Positions 6,830 to 14,178 of a DNA stretch of 61,359 bases are shown in pieces. Source of the DNA: a virus (Duplodnaviria > Caudoviricetes); the IMG/VR virus record IMGVR_UViG_3300035190_000963, positions 1 through 61,359 of that record; one strand, given 5' to 3'. Numbering within the stretch: position 1 is the first letter of the stretch; the number at the start of each line of letters is the position of its first letter. A program made the translations under genes and the position numbers. The notes beneath the pieces were generated by a model that did not search any database, was not told the DNA's origin, and saw nothing but the letters and a program-made list of their open reading frames with translations.

Positions 6830-6917
6830 CTGAGAGAAGTGGAATCGAACCACGCCCAACTTAATGGGTTATTGTTTAGCAAACAATCGGGGACACCATT
6901 TCCCTCCTTTACTCTCA
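6830..6917 (-). tRNA. tRNA-Ser(GCT)
   Basis: ATTGT-TTGCTAA-ACAAT; long variable arm. Confidence 0.88.
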
Positions 6918-6958
6918 ATTTATCCCGACCTAGCTCGGGAACACACATCGGATGTTTG

Positions 6959-7031
6959 TAGTCTCCTTGGGATTTGAACCCAAACTTTATCATCCGTAGT
7001 GATAGGTGCTTATCCATTACACCAAGAGACC
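6959..7031 (-). tRNA. tRNA-Arg(ACG)
   Basis: TATCA-CTACGGA-TGATA. Confidence 0.92.
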
Positions 7032-7036
7032 ATTCG

Positions 7037-7119
7037 CGGAAGCGAAGGGAATTGAACCCCCAAAGCTGTTACACCCGACTGTTTTCAAGACAGTTTCCTC
7101 GTCCATTCGGACCACTTCC
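7037..7119 (-). tRNA. tRNA-Ser(TGA)
   Basis: ACTGT-CTTGAAA-ACAGT; long variable arm. Confidence 0.92.
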
Positions 7120-7126
7120 ATTGTTG

Positions 7127-7208
7127 TCGGAGTAGGAGGACTCGAACCTCCGAACTCTAATGAGGGCTGATTTACAGTCAGCTGCAATTGCCACTATGCG
7201 ATACTCCG
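7127..7208 (-). tRNA. tRNA-Tyr(GTA)
   Basis: GCTGA-CTGTAAA-TCAGC; long variable arm. Confidence 0.92.
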
Positions 7209-7212
7209 ATTT

Positions 7213-7291
7213 TGGGGTGTTGTACGAGATTCGAACTCGTGACCTGATGAACCACAATCATCCGCTCTAAACCAACTGAGCTAACAACACC
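7213..7291 (-). tRNA. tRNA-His(GTG)
   Basis: GATGA-TTGTGGT-TCATC; G-1 and encoded CCA. Confidence 0.93.
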
Positions 7292-7371
7292 ATATAAACC
7301 CCCCATTTACCAGATTATCGGACTGGTTGCCATATTGGGAGTGGGGGATTTCCTGTTTATTCAGGACTCCG

Positions 7372-7446
7372 TGGTGAGGGTGAGAATCGAACTCACATCA
7401 CTCGCTCTTCAGACGAGCGCGAACTGACCAACTGCGCTACCTCACC
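7372..7446 (-). tRNA. tRNA-Phe(GAA)
   Basis: CTCGT-CTGAAGA-GCGAG. Confidence 0.9.
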
Positions 7447-7456
7447 AATTATAATG

Positions 7457-7530
7457 TAGTCCCCCCATGAATCGAACACGGGACTTATTGTTTGTAAAAC
7501 AATCACTCTAAACCACTGAGCTAGGGGACC
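7457..7530 (-). tRNA. tRNA-Val(TAC)
   Basis: ATTGT-TTTACAA-ACAAT. Confidence 0.9.
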
Positions 7531-7539
7531 GAATTTATG

Positions 7540-7611
7540 TAGTGATGGGAGGAATTGAACCTCCGACCTCTTGGATATGAATCAAGGGTTCTTCCACTGA
7601 ACTACATCACT
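7540..7611 (-). tRNA. tRNA-Met(CAT), elongator-like
   Basis: CTTG-ATTCATATC-CAAG anticodon arm; AGTGATG/CATCACT acceptor. Confidence 0.85.
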
Positions 7612-7616
7612 ATCTG

Positions 7617-7687
7617 TTGTCGGTGATGGGTTCGAACCACCATCATTTCTTCCAAAGAGAAATATCCTGCCATTAGACGAACCGACA
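7617..7687 (-). tRNA. tRNA-Gln(TTG)
   Basis: TTTCT-CTTTGGA-AGAAA. Confidence 0.9.
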
Positions 7688-7702
7688 ATTTATAAATTTT
7701 CA

Positions 7703-7721
7703 AACCAATATGTCAAAGAAC
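7703..7721 (-). promoter_or_regulatory. boxA-like antitermination site (array 2)
   Basis: GTTCTTTGACATATTGGTT, identical to 4061-4079. Confidence 0.65.
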
Positions 7722-7722
7722 T

Positions 7723-7766
7723 AAAACAAAAAACCCCGAACTTTTTACGGTTCGGGGTTTTTTTTT
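7723..7766 (-). terminator. Intrinsic terminator of attenuator 2
   Basis: AAAAAACCCCGAAC-CGTAAAAA-GTTCGGGGTTTTTTGTTTT. Confidence 0.88.
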
Positions 7767-7791
7767 ACAATTATATGTTATTATCTAAATC

Positions 7792-7890
7792 TCACGATTT
7801 TACCGAACCAATAAATAACATACGGGGATACCAACAGTTACTAAACTGCGATTTCACGACTTGGATATTATGTTTATTAATTCGTTTCAT
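7792..7890 (-). CDS. Putative attenuator leader peptide 2, MKRINKHNIQVVKSQFSNCWYPRMLFIGSVKS (32 aa)
   Basis: ATG about 25 nt after the promoter; its 3' part TTTAT(T)GGTTCGG is complementary to the terminator 5' arm and loop CCGAACCGTAAA. Confidence 0.8.
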   Translation of the reverse strand: MKRINKHNIQVVKSQFSNCWYPRMLFIGSVKS

Positions 7891-7914
7891 TTTATTATAT
7901 TTTAATAAGTATTA

Positions 7915-7946
7915 CAAAGTTAGTAAAAGTTTCTGTATTTGTCAAA
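7915..7946 (-). promoter_or_regulatory. Bacteroidota sigma-70-type promoter driving leader 2 and tRNA array 2
   Basis: TTTG-N20-TAACTTTG. Confidence 0.8.
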
Positions 7947-7963
7947 TGTTTTTAAAAAAAATA

Positions 7964-8230
7964 TTAATACTTGTTTATTATTTTTTTAATTGTTTCTTCT
8001 TCTTCAACTGTCAATCTCAATCTTAGTGATAACAATTTATCACAAAGGATATCCCACTCTAAATCCAAAACATTTTTTTCTATGTTTATATCATGAGGTA
8101 ATGAACTTTTATTTAAATGACCTTCATCAACTAATATCTCAATTAGTTCTTTGATTTCACGTTTTGAACATGAAGAAACAAAATCGTCAACTTCAACGTC
8201 AATTTCAGCATCTTGATTAAATGTTGGCAT
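7964..8230 (-). CDS. Hypothetical protein
   Basis: 88-aa ORF in a co-oriented run. Confidence 0.7.
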   Translation of the reverse strand: MPTFNQDAEIDVEVDDFVSSCSKREIKELIEILVDEGHLNKSSLPHDINIEKNVLDLEWDILCDKLLSLRLRLTVEEEETIKKIINKY

Positions 8231-8234
8231 AGTT

Positions 8235-8492
8235 TTATAATTTTTGAATTTTAATCATATAATCACTCACTTCAGGTTCTGTTAGATAACCTATAACATC
8301 ATTAGTTATTGGTGTATCATAATTTAAACCTTCCTTATCTAACACCGCAATCTCATAAAGACCTATTGACCCACCATATGTATGGTCTCCTTGGACAACA
8401 GAGATTCCGTATCCATTTTCAAACATTATAATCGCTTGAATTGAACGACCAAATCCGGCACTTTTGAAAGTTAAATCGTCAAATGTTTTCAT
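8235..8492 (-). CDS. Hypothetical phage protein
   Basis: 85 aa; FENGYGISVV..YGG..GLYEIAVL pattern often seen in phage proteins. Confidence 0.7.
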   Translation of the reverse strand: MKTFDDLTFKSAGFGRSIQAIIMFENGYGISVVQGDHTYGGSIGLYEIAVLDKEGLNYDTPITNDVIGYLTEPEVSDYMIKIQKL

Positions 8493-9123
8493 TTAATGTT
8501 ATTTTGGATGAACAATCGTCACAAAAATTAGACCCATAACTAACATCATATCCATTTCCAAAGGTTGACATAACACAGTGAGAATCTGAACAATGAGATA
8601 GCCCTAATGTGTGTCCGTATTCATGAATTAAAGTTTCTTTAAATGGCGATATTGTACTCACTAATATCGTGTTTCCACCACAAATTCCCATAACACTAGT
8701 AATACCATCATCATCCGTCATTTCTCTATCAGTTATGATAATTCTCTTCCGAGATGTACCATAATTTAGTTTTTCAACACTATAATACGGATTAATTTTA
8801 TCATAGTTCGCATAAAATAAATCTTCAGTATAATCAATACCATCAACTATTTTTGTCGTAACACCAAATTTTTCAGATATTACATGAGATGCTTTTTCTA
8901 ATGTTGAATTTTTGATAACACCCAAACTCAATATATATACGGTATCATCAACGGGTTTAGTTGTTTCCCACGTTTCTTTTTTCAAGAGACCACTCATGTC
9001 TCCATCATTTTTAATACCATATTCTGTAATACCTACGATTACCAAGAATATTAAACCGTAATTTACGATTCTTTTTGCTAGTGTGTCTTTTTCTCCGAAG
9101 AGGAATACTTTTAAATTTTTCAT
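8479..9123 (-). CDS. Archaemetzincin-like (M54) zinc metalloprotease with N-terminal TM
   Basis: HEYGHTLGLSHC..CVMS..FCDDC. Confidence 0.75.
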   Translation of the reverse strand: MKNLKVFLFGEKDTLAKRIVNYGLIFLVIVGITEYGIKNDGDMSGLLKKETWETTKPVDDTVYILSLGVIKNSTLEKASHVISEKFGVTTKIVDGIDYTEDLFYANYDKINPYYSVEKLNYGTSRKRIIITDREMTDDDGITSVMGICGGNTILVSTISPFKETLIHEYGHTLGLSHCSDSHCVMSTFGNGYDVSYGSNFCDDCSSKITLNENI

Positions 9124-9159
9124 GAAGCTAAGTTAATAATAATTTTTGAAATTACAAAA

Positions 9160-9375
9160 TTATTCTTCATTTAAATCTTCTTTCATCCAATCTTCTAAAA
9201 TTTTGGGATTGTTTTTCCACTCCTTCCAATCATCAAAATTCTGTAATCTTTCCAATGATTTCTCGGTTATTAATAAAAAACTTTCGGGGGCGACCTTATC
9301 AAACTTGTGATAATGTGAGTTTTTTATCTTTTTTTTGATAATATCACAAAGTAATTCTTTCATAAGAATGTACAA
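9160..9375 (-). CDS. Hypothetical protein
   Basis: 71-aa ORF. Confidence 0.55.
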   Translation of the reverse strand: MYILMKELLCDIIKKKIKNSHYHKFDKVAPESFLLITEKSLERLQNFDDWKEWKNNPKILEDWMKEDLNEE

Positions 9376-9383
9376 TATTTTAG

Positions 9384-9456
9384 TAGTCCTATCAAGATTC
9401 GAACTTGAATTTTAGCTTTAGAAGAGCCGCGTGTTAATCCATTACACTATAAGACC
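9384..9456 (-). tRNA. tRNA-Arg(TCT), stand-alone
   Basis: GGCT-CTTCTAA-AGCT; GGTCTTA/TAGGACT acceptor. Confidence 0.88.
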
Positions 9457-9477
9457 TTATTTATTTTAGTTGTATTA

Positions 9478-9660
9478 TTATTTGGGCGTTTTCTTAACTT
9501 CGTATCTATGACCACTATCAGAGTTTTTTTCAAACAAAACTTTATATTTTTCAGCCTCATCAAAAGTTTCAAACATCCAAACTTCTTCGTGTGAATCAAT
9601 TAATACCACAGGTATTTCAACCCCATTCGTGTTTTTAATGTGTTTTATAATTATGTACAT
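9478..9660 (-). CDS. Hypothetical protein
   Basis: 60-aa ORF. Confidence 0.6.
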   Translation of the reverse strand: MYIIIKHIKNTNGVEIPVVLIDSHEEVWMFETFDEAEKYKVLFEKNSDSGHRYEVKKTPK

Positions 9661-9698
9661 ATCGTAATTTTATAGAAATATAGTAAAAAAAATTGAAA

Positions 9699-11516
9699 TT
9701 ACAAATAGTATGACCCTCCTTTTTTATTTCTTGGGTTGGGTGATGTATTATCAGTCCTTCTTTTTGGTTTTTGATTACTCAAACGTAAAGAAATATCGGC
9801 TAATGACCCCTTTTTAACTTCAAACATATCATTTCTATTCACAGGTATATTTTCACGTATTGGTCTTTTACTCGTGTTAGGATTATAAACTTCTTTTTTA
9901 TTTATTACGTGATTTAGAAAATCATAATTAATATTAGTAGTATGTTTTTTAACCCTTTCTGTTAGTAATTTTACAATTTCTTTATTTTGTTCAATTTTTA
10001 TTCTAACTTGTTCATTAAATTCATCATTAGTTTTTTGAACATAAACTTCGTAGTATGAACCTGTAGTTAGTACTGGTAGTGGGCCGAAATGTTTTCTATT
10101 TCTACTGATTGAATTGTAACTTGACCTTTTTGATGAACCAATTCCAGTATCTTTTCTTTGTGTTAGACTATTTTTATGAACTCTTCTGAAAAATACCACG
10201 TCAGATGTTAAGGCTATTTTACGATTGTTTTTATATAATCTACTCATAAAATCAGTATCGGCTTCACATACCCACCCCTCAAAACCATTCATTGATAAAA
10301 AAACATCCTTTTTAATTGAGAAAACACCATCACCAAAATTACTAGTTTTTTTAGTATTTTTTCCCTCTATTTCATATTCATTTTTAAAGTTAAAATACAT
10401 TAGTCTAACAACATCAAAATCTTTTTGTTTTGATATTATTTCTTCTATCATATTTTCACACATAATATCATCAGAATCAAAAAATAAAATGATATTTGAA
10501 TTTGCTATTTTGGATAATGTATTTTTGATTATATAAGGACCAGCATGATTTTTAAAATAAAAAACACTAAATCTATTGTCAAATATTTTATATTTTAAAT
10601 GGGTTAATGTTTCTTCACATGCGTCAATTCCTATTAATACCTCACAATTTATATTTCCGATTGATTTTGTGATTGACTCTAAACATTTATCAATATATTG
10701 AACATTTTTGTATGTTGGTATAATAATGCTAAACTCTTTGTCGGTTTCCTCTTTGATTAAACTAAATGAATCAATCAAATATTTTTCATAAAACAAATCA
10801 TCAACTAAGATTGAGTTTGAGATTACTAATTCTTTTAAAGGTTGTTTTAAATTTCTTTCTATTTTATATTTTTTTTCATTATGATATTTTTTTCGTAATA
10901 ATGATTTCATTCCTGTTGAAGGTAACAAAGTTAAATTTGTATCATGTCTTCTATATAAAATATTGATTTCTTTTGATAATGATATTTTGTAATTATTTGA
11001 TTGGATTCTCCAAAAAAACTCACCATCTGATGCACATAACCAAGGTTCAAATCCATTCATTTCTAAAAAAACACTTTTTTTGATTCCAAAAGCACCATAA
11101 GAATACGAAAAAGGTTTATTTAAAACCTCTTTTTTTGGTATATCTAATTTATTATTAAATGTAATATATCCAAAACGAAAATAATCATTACCACTTTGTA
11201 ATGAACTAATCGTAGATTTAACAGTATCGGTTATCATTACATCATCGGAATCAAAAAATATTAAATTATCATATTTTGACAATTTAACCAATGAATTCCT
11301 TATGATGTAAGTTCCAACTTTATTTTTAAAAAAATATATTTTAATATTTTTATTTAAATTAGGGTACAGTGAAATTAAATTGTCCATAGTTTTACGACAA
11401 TTATCAACACCTATCAAAATTTCATAATCATGATTTTCACACGATTCAATAAAAGAATCAATCGCTTCCTTTATATATTTTGTATTGTTATAGGCGGTTG
11501 TTATTATAGATATCAT
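9699..11516 (-). CDS. Tandem GT2 glycosyltransferase (two GT-A domains)
   Basis: Two copies of SIII(T/P)(A/T)Y..FFDSDD..MNGFE.W. Confidence 0.85.
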   Translation of the reverse strand: MISIITTAYNNTKYIKEAIDSFIESCENHDYEILIGVDNCRKTMDNLISLYPNLNKNIKIYFFKNKVGTYIIRNSLVKLSKYDNLIFFDSDDVMITDTVKSTISSLQSGNDYFRFGYITFNNKLDIPKKEVLNKPFSYSYGAFGIKKSVFLEMNGFEPWLCASDGEFFWRIQSNNYKISLSKEINILYRRHDTNLTLLPSTGMKSLLRKKYHNEKKYKIERNLKQPLKELVISNSILVDDLFYEKYLIDSFSLIKEETDKEFSIIIPTYKNVQYIDKCLESITKSIGNINCEVLIGIDACEETLTHLKYKIFDNRFSVFYFKNHAGPYIIKNTLSKIANSNIILFFDSDDIMCENMIEEIISKQKDFDVVRLMYFNFKNEYEIEGKNTKKTSNFGDGVFSIKKDVFLSMNGFEGWVCEADTDFMSRLYKNNRKIALTSDVVFFRRVHKNSLTQRKDTGIGSSKRSSYNSISRNRKHFGPLPVLTTGSYYEVYVQKTNDEFNEQVRIKIEQNKEIVKLLTERVKKHTTNINYDFLNHVINKKEVYNPNTSKRPIRENIPVNRNDMFEVKKGSLADISLRLSNQKPKRRTDNTSPNPRNKKGGSYYL

Positions 11517-11518
11517 AT

Positions 11519-12160
11519 CTAAAAATTTTTTATATTAGTTAAATGTCCCCATTTTTTTTTTAATCTTTTTTTATATTCAATATAGTTTCCCCATTGATAT
11601 TTAACAGTTCTACATGTGTAACTATGATGTTGTATATTATTTAAAAGTATTCGCCCTTCAGAATCTAAATGACTTTTTCCCCAATTTAGAGGTAAAGAAT
11701 AAGTTCCTTTATTCATTTTTTCCTTTATACCTATACAATAATCTTCAACACAAAAATGAAAATCGTCAAAAATAATTTCATCAAATTTAAAATCATTATC
11801 TTTATTAATCACAAAAAAACAAGGGTCACAAAATTTCAATTCATATTTTGTAGATGCTAATGACCCAATATTTTTATTAAATTCATCTTTTCCTACAATA
11901 CATAACACCCCAAAATTTGGAGTCTCACTAATACATTTTTCTATTTGTTCTAATAAATTATGTGAGAATGTTATATCCTCATGTGAAAAAATAATATATT
12001 TATTAGGTGATTCTTTTTGTACTAAATTAAAAAACTTAGACGGTTTTATATTTGGTTTTGATATTATATCAACGTTATCAATAATATTATCTAAACAAGG
12101 TTTTAAATATTTTTCAAAAACATCTTTTTTATATTCTATATATGAAAATGTGAATCTCAT
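11519..12160 (-). CDS. GT-A fold glycosyltransferase
   Basis: YIIFSHEDI and FDE..FDDFHFCVEDYC motifs; in an operon with other GTs. Confidence 0.65.
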   Translation of the reverse strand: MRFTFSYIEYKKDVFEKYLKPCLDNIIDNVDIISKPNIKPSKFFNLVQKESPNKYIIFSHEDITFSHNLLEQIEKCISETPNFGVLCIVGKDEFNKNIGSLASTKYELKFCDPCFFVINKDNDFKFDEIIFDDFHFCVEDYCIGIKEKMNKGTYSLPLNWGKSHLDSEGRILLNNIQHHSYTCRTVKYQWGNYIEYKKRLKKKWGHLTNIKNF

Positions 12161-12161
12161 T

Positions 12162-12779
12162 TTAATTTAATGGTTTATCATTTGGGGTTAATTTAGATAT
12201 CGTGTTATTCCCATGAATACCTAGTTTTACATACCCTCTAGGTATATAGATAATATTTTTTGTAATCCCCTTTAAATGGTCGTGAACACAATCCATGATA
12301 CCACTATTCACTTTTTTTTGAATTAATGTACTAAACATTGAGCAAACTTTAGAATAATCTCTTCCATGAGTATATTCCTTACCTGTGTCTATAACCAATT
12401 TAGTGGGGTGAAAATTTAAAATAAAATCATCATATTTGTTCTTATTCTCATCATAAAGATTATGTATGTATTCAATATAGTTTGGTACCATTATATCGTC
12501 ACAATCATGTCTTGTTTGTATTGTAATATTATTTTTAACAACAAAATCTTTATAATCTTTTTTTGTGTCTGAAAATGGTATTAAATCAATTTCAATGTCT
12601 TTATTAATTTCATTTCTAATTAAATCGTAATGTCTTGGATTAACAATCAAAGCAATTGAAAAGTTTTTATCCGTTTGAGAATTAATTGATGGGATGTAAG
12701 TTTTCTTCATTACTTTAAAGTAATTTTCAAATTGTTCATCTTTACCGAATTTACATCTAGTAACTATTATGTGTTTCAT
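12162..12779 (-). CDS. Putative rhamnosyl/glycosyltransferase
   Basis: IVTR..PSINSQTDKNF..TRHDCDD. Confidence 0.65.
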   Translation of the reverse strand: MKHIIVTRCKFGKDEQFENYFKVMKKTYIPSINSQTDKNFSIALIVNPRHYDLIRNEINKDIEIDLIPFSDTKKDYKDFVVKNNITIQTRHDCDDIMVPNYIEYIHNLYDENKNKYDDFILNFHPTKLVIDTGKEYTHGRDYSKVCSMFSTLIQKKVNSGIMDCVHDHLKGITKNIIYIPRGYVKLGIHGNNTISKLTPNDKPLN

Positions 12780-12780
12780 T

Positions 12781-13515
12781 TTAATCTACTGTTATTACAT
12801 TTTTATTTTCTTTGGCCACAATATACCCTAGAATTCTTTCTACGGCGTGCATTGTGGATGGCTCTATAATATATCCGGGTTGGGTGTTATTCATTATTTG
12901 ATTTATAACGTTTTCTGTAAAATATTTTTTTATTATACCATATCTCACCCAAAAAATAGTACCCCCTATAAAATTTTTGTCAAGATATGTGGAGTCCAAT
13001 CCGAATAAAGGTAATAATTTAACGATATTATTTTTATTAACGGAAGAATTATTATATAATTTATACCCAACCATTCCACAATTATTATCTATTTTAAATT
13101 TATTTAAAATTCTATTAACTTTATCCTCATCCATTAAAACTCCCTTCATTAATCCATGAAACCACTGTCTACCGTGACTAATAGATACATCAATACCACT
13201 ACGTTTTACTCTTAAGGAGGGACTATTGGGTAAACCGATTCCTTTTTTTGTATGAATTTTTAGAACTAAATCAGTATCATTATCGATTACTTTTAAACAA
13301 TTTAAAAAACCACCAATATCCACTCCTTTGTTTTCAACAAATAATATTACCGCATCACTTTTATATTTTTTTATTTTTTCTATAATATCATTTGTGTAAT
13401 ATCCATTTACTAATGTTATGTATAATTTATACGGATGTTTCAAATTATTTAAATAATTAACAATATCGTTAAACATATCAGGATAGAATAAATGAACACA
13501 AACCGCAATCTTCAT
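12781..13515 (-). CDS. RgpF/WcbX-like rhamnan synthesis protein
   Basis: VHLFY.D, ENKGVDIGGF, LKIHTKK, GTIFW, HAVER. Confidence 0.75.
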   Translation of the reverse strand: MKIAVCVHLFYPDMFNDIVNYLNNLKHPYKLYITLVNGYYTNDIIEKIKKYKSDAVILFVENKGVDIGGFLNCLKVIDNDTDLVLKIHTKKGIGLPNSPSLRVKRSGIDVSISHGRQWFHGLMKGVLMDEDKVNRILNKFKIDNNCGMVGYKLYNNSSVNKNNIVKLLPLFGLDSTYLDKNFIGGTIFWVRYGIIKKYFTENVINQIMNNTQPGYIIEPSTMHAVERILGYIVAKENKNVITVD

Positions 13516-13578
13516 ATTGTGACTTTATTTGTTTTTTTACAAAATTATAACTATATTTACTTATAAATACAGTTCGAT

Positions 13579-14073
13579 ATGGAAAAAGTGTTGGTTCTTA
13601 ATGCGGATTATACTCCTTTGAATGTTACTACAGTATTCAAAGGGTTTAATTTAGTTACCAGAGGTAAAGCCGAGGTTTTGAAATCTTCGGATAATCCATT
13701 TTCAGCGGGACATAGAACATTCATTAGACCCTTAATAATTCGTTTACTAAACTATGTCAAATATCGAGTTAGTAATTTAAAAATAAACAGACATCGTTTA
13801 TTTAAACGTGATGGATATCAATGCACTTACTGTGGAAGTAAGAAAAATTTAACCATTGACCACATTTTACCCAAATCAAGGGGTGGTAGAAATACATGGC
13901 AAAACTTAATTACTTGTTGTTCAGGTTGTAATAGAATTAAAGGTGATAAAACACCTGAAGAAGCTAAAATGACAATGATTTTTAGACCTTATGAACCTTC
14001 TATATTTTCAGAAGTTATTAACCCTTCCGTTGAAAATCTTTGGAAAGATTTTAAGAAAACATATTTTGGATAA
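13579..14073 (+). CDS. HNH endonuclease (McrA-like)
   Basis: VLVLNADY N-terminus; RDGYQCTYCG..TIDHILPKSRGG..CCSGCN. Confidence 0.9.
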   Translation: MEKVLVLNADYTPLNVTTVFKGFNLVTRGKAEVLKSSDNPFSAGHRTFIRPLIIRLLNYVKYRVSNLKINRHRLFKRDGYQCTYCGSKKNLTIDHILPKSRGGRNTWQNLITCCSGCNRIKGDKTPEEAKMTMIFRPYEPSIFSEVINPSVENLWKDFKKTYFG

Positions 14074-14178
14074 AAAAACAGAAAGGTGTCTCACGACACC
14101 TTTACTGCTAGATTTTGGAATATCCCCCTTTCTTTTTAATGGTTTATCCCGAAATGGATGTTACTCCATTTGGTATCT

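Noticed and set aside
3830-8026. ORF-track entries over tRNAs or attenuators (3830, 3884, 5231, 5409, 6359, 6430, 6811, 7069, 7775)
   Set aside because: Shadow ORFs produced by GC-richer tRNA or regulatory sequence
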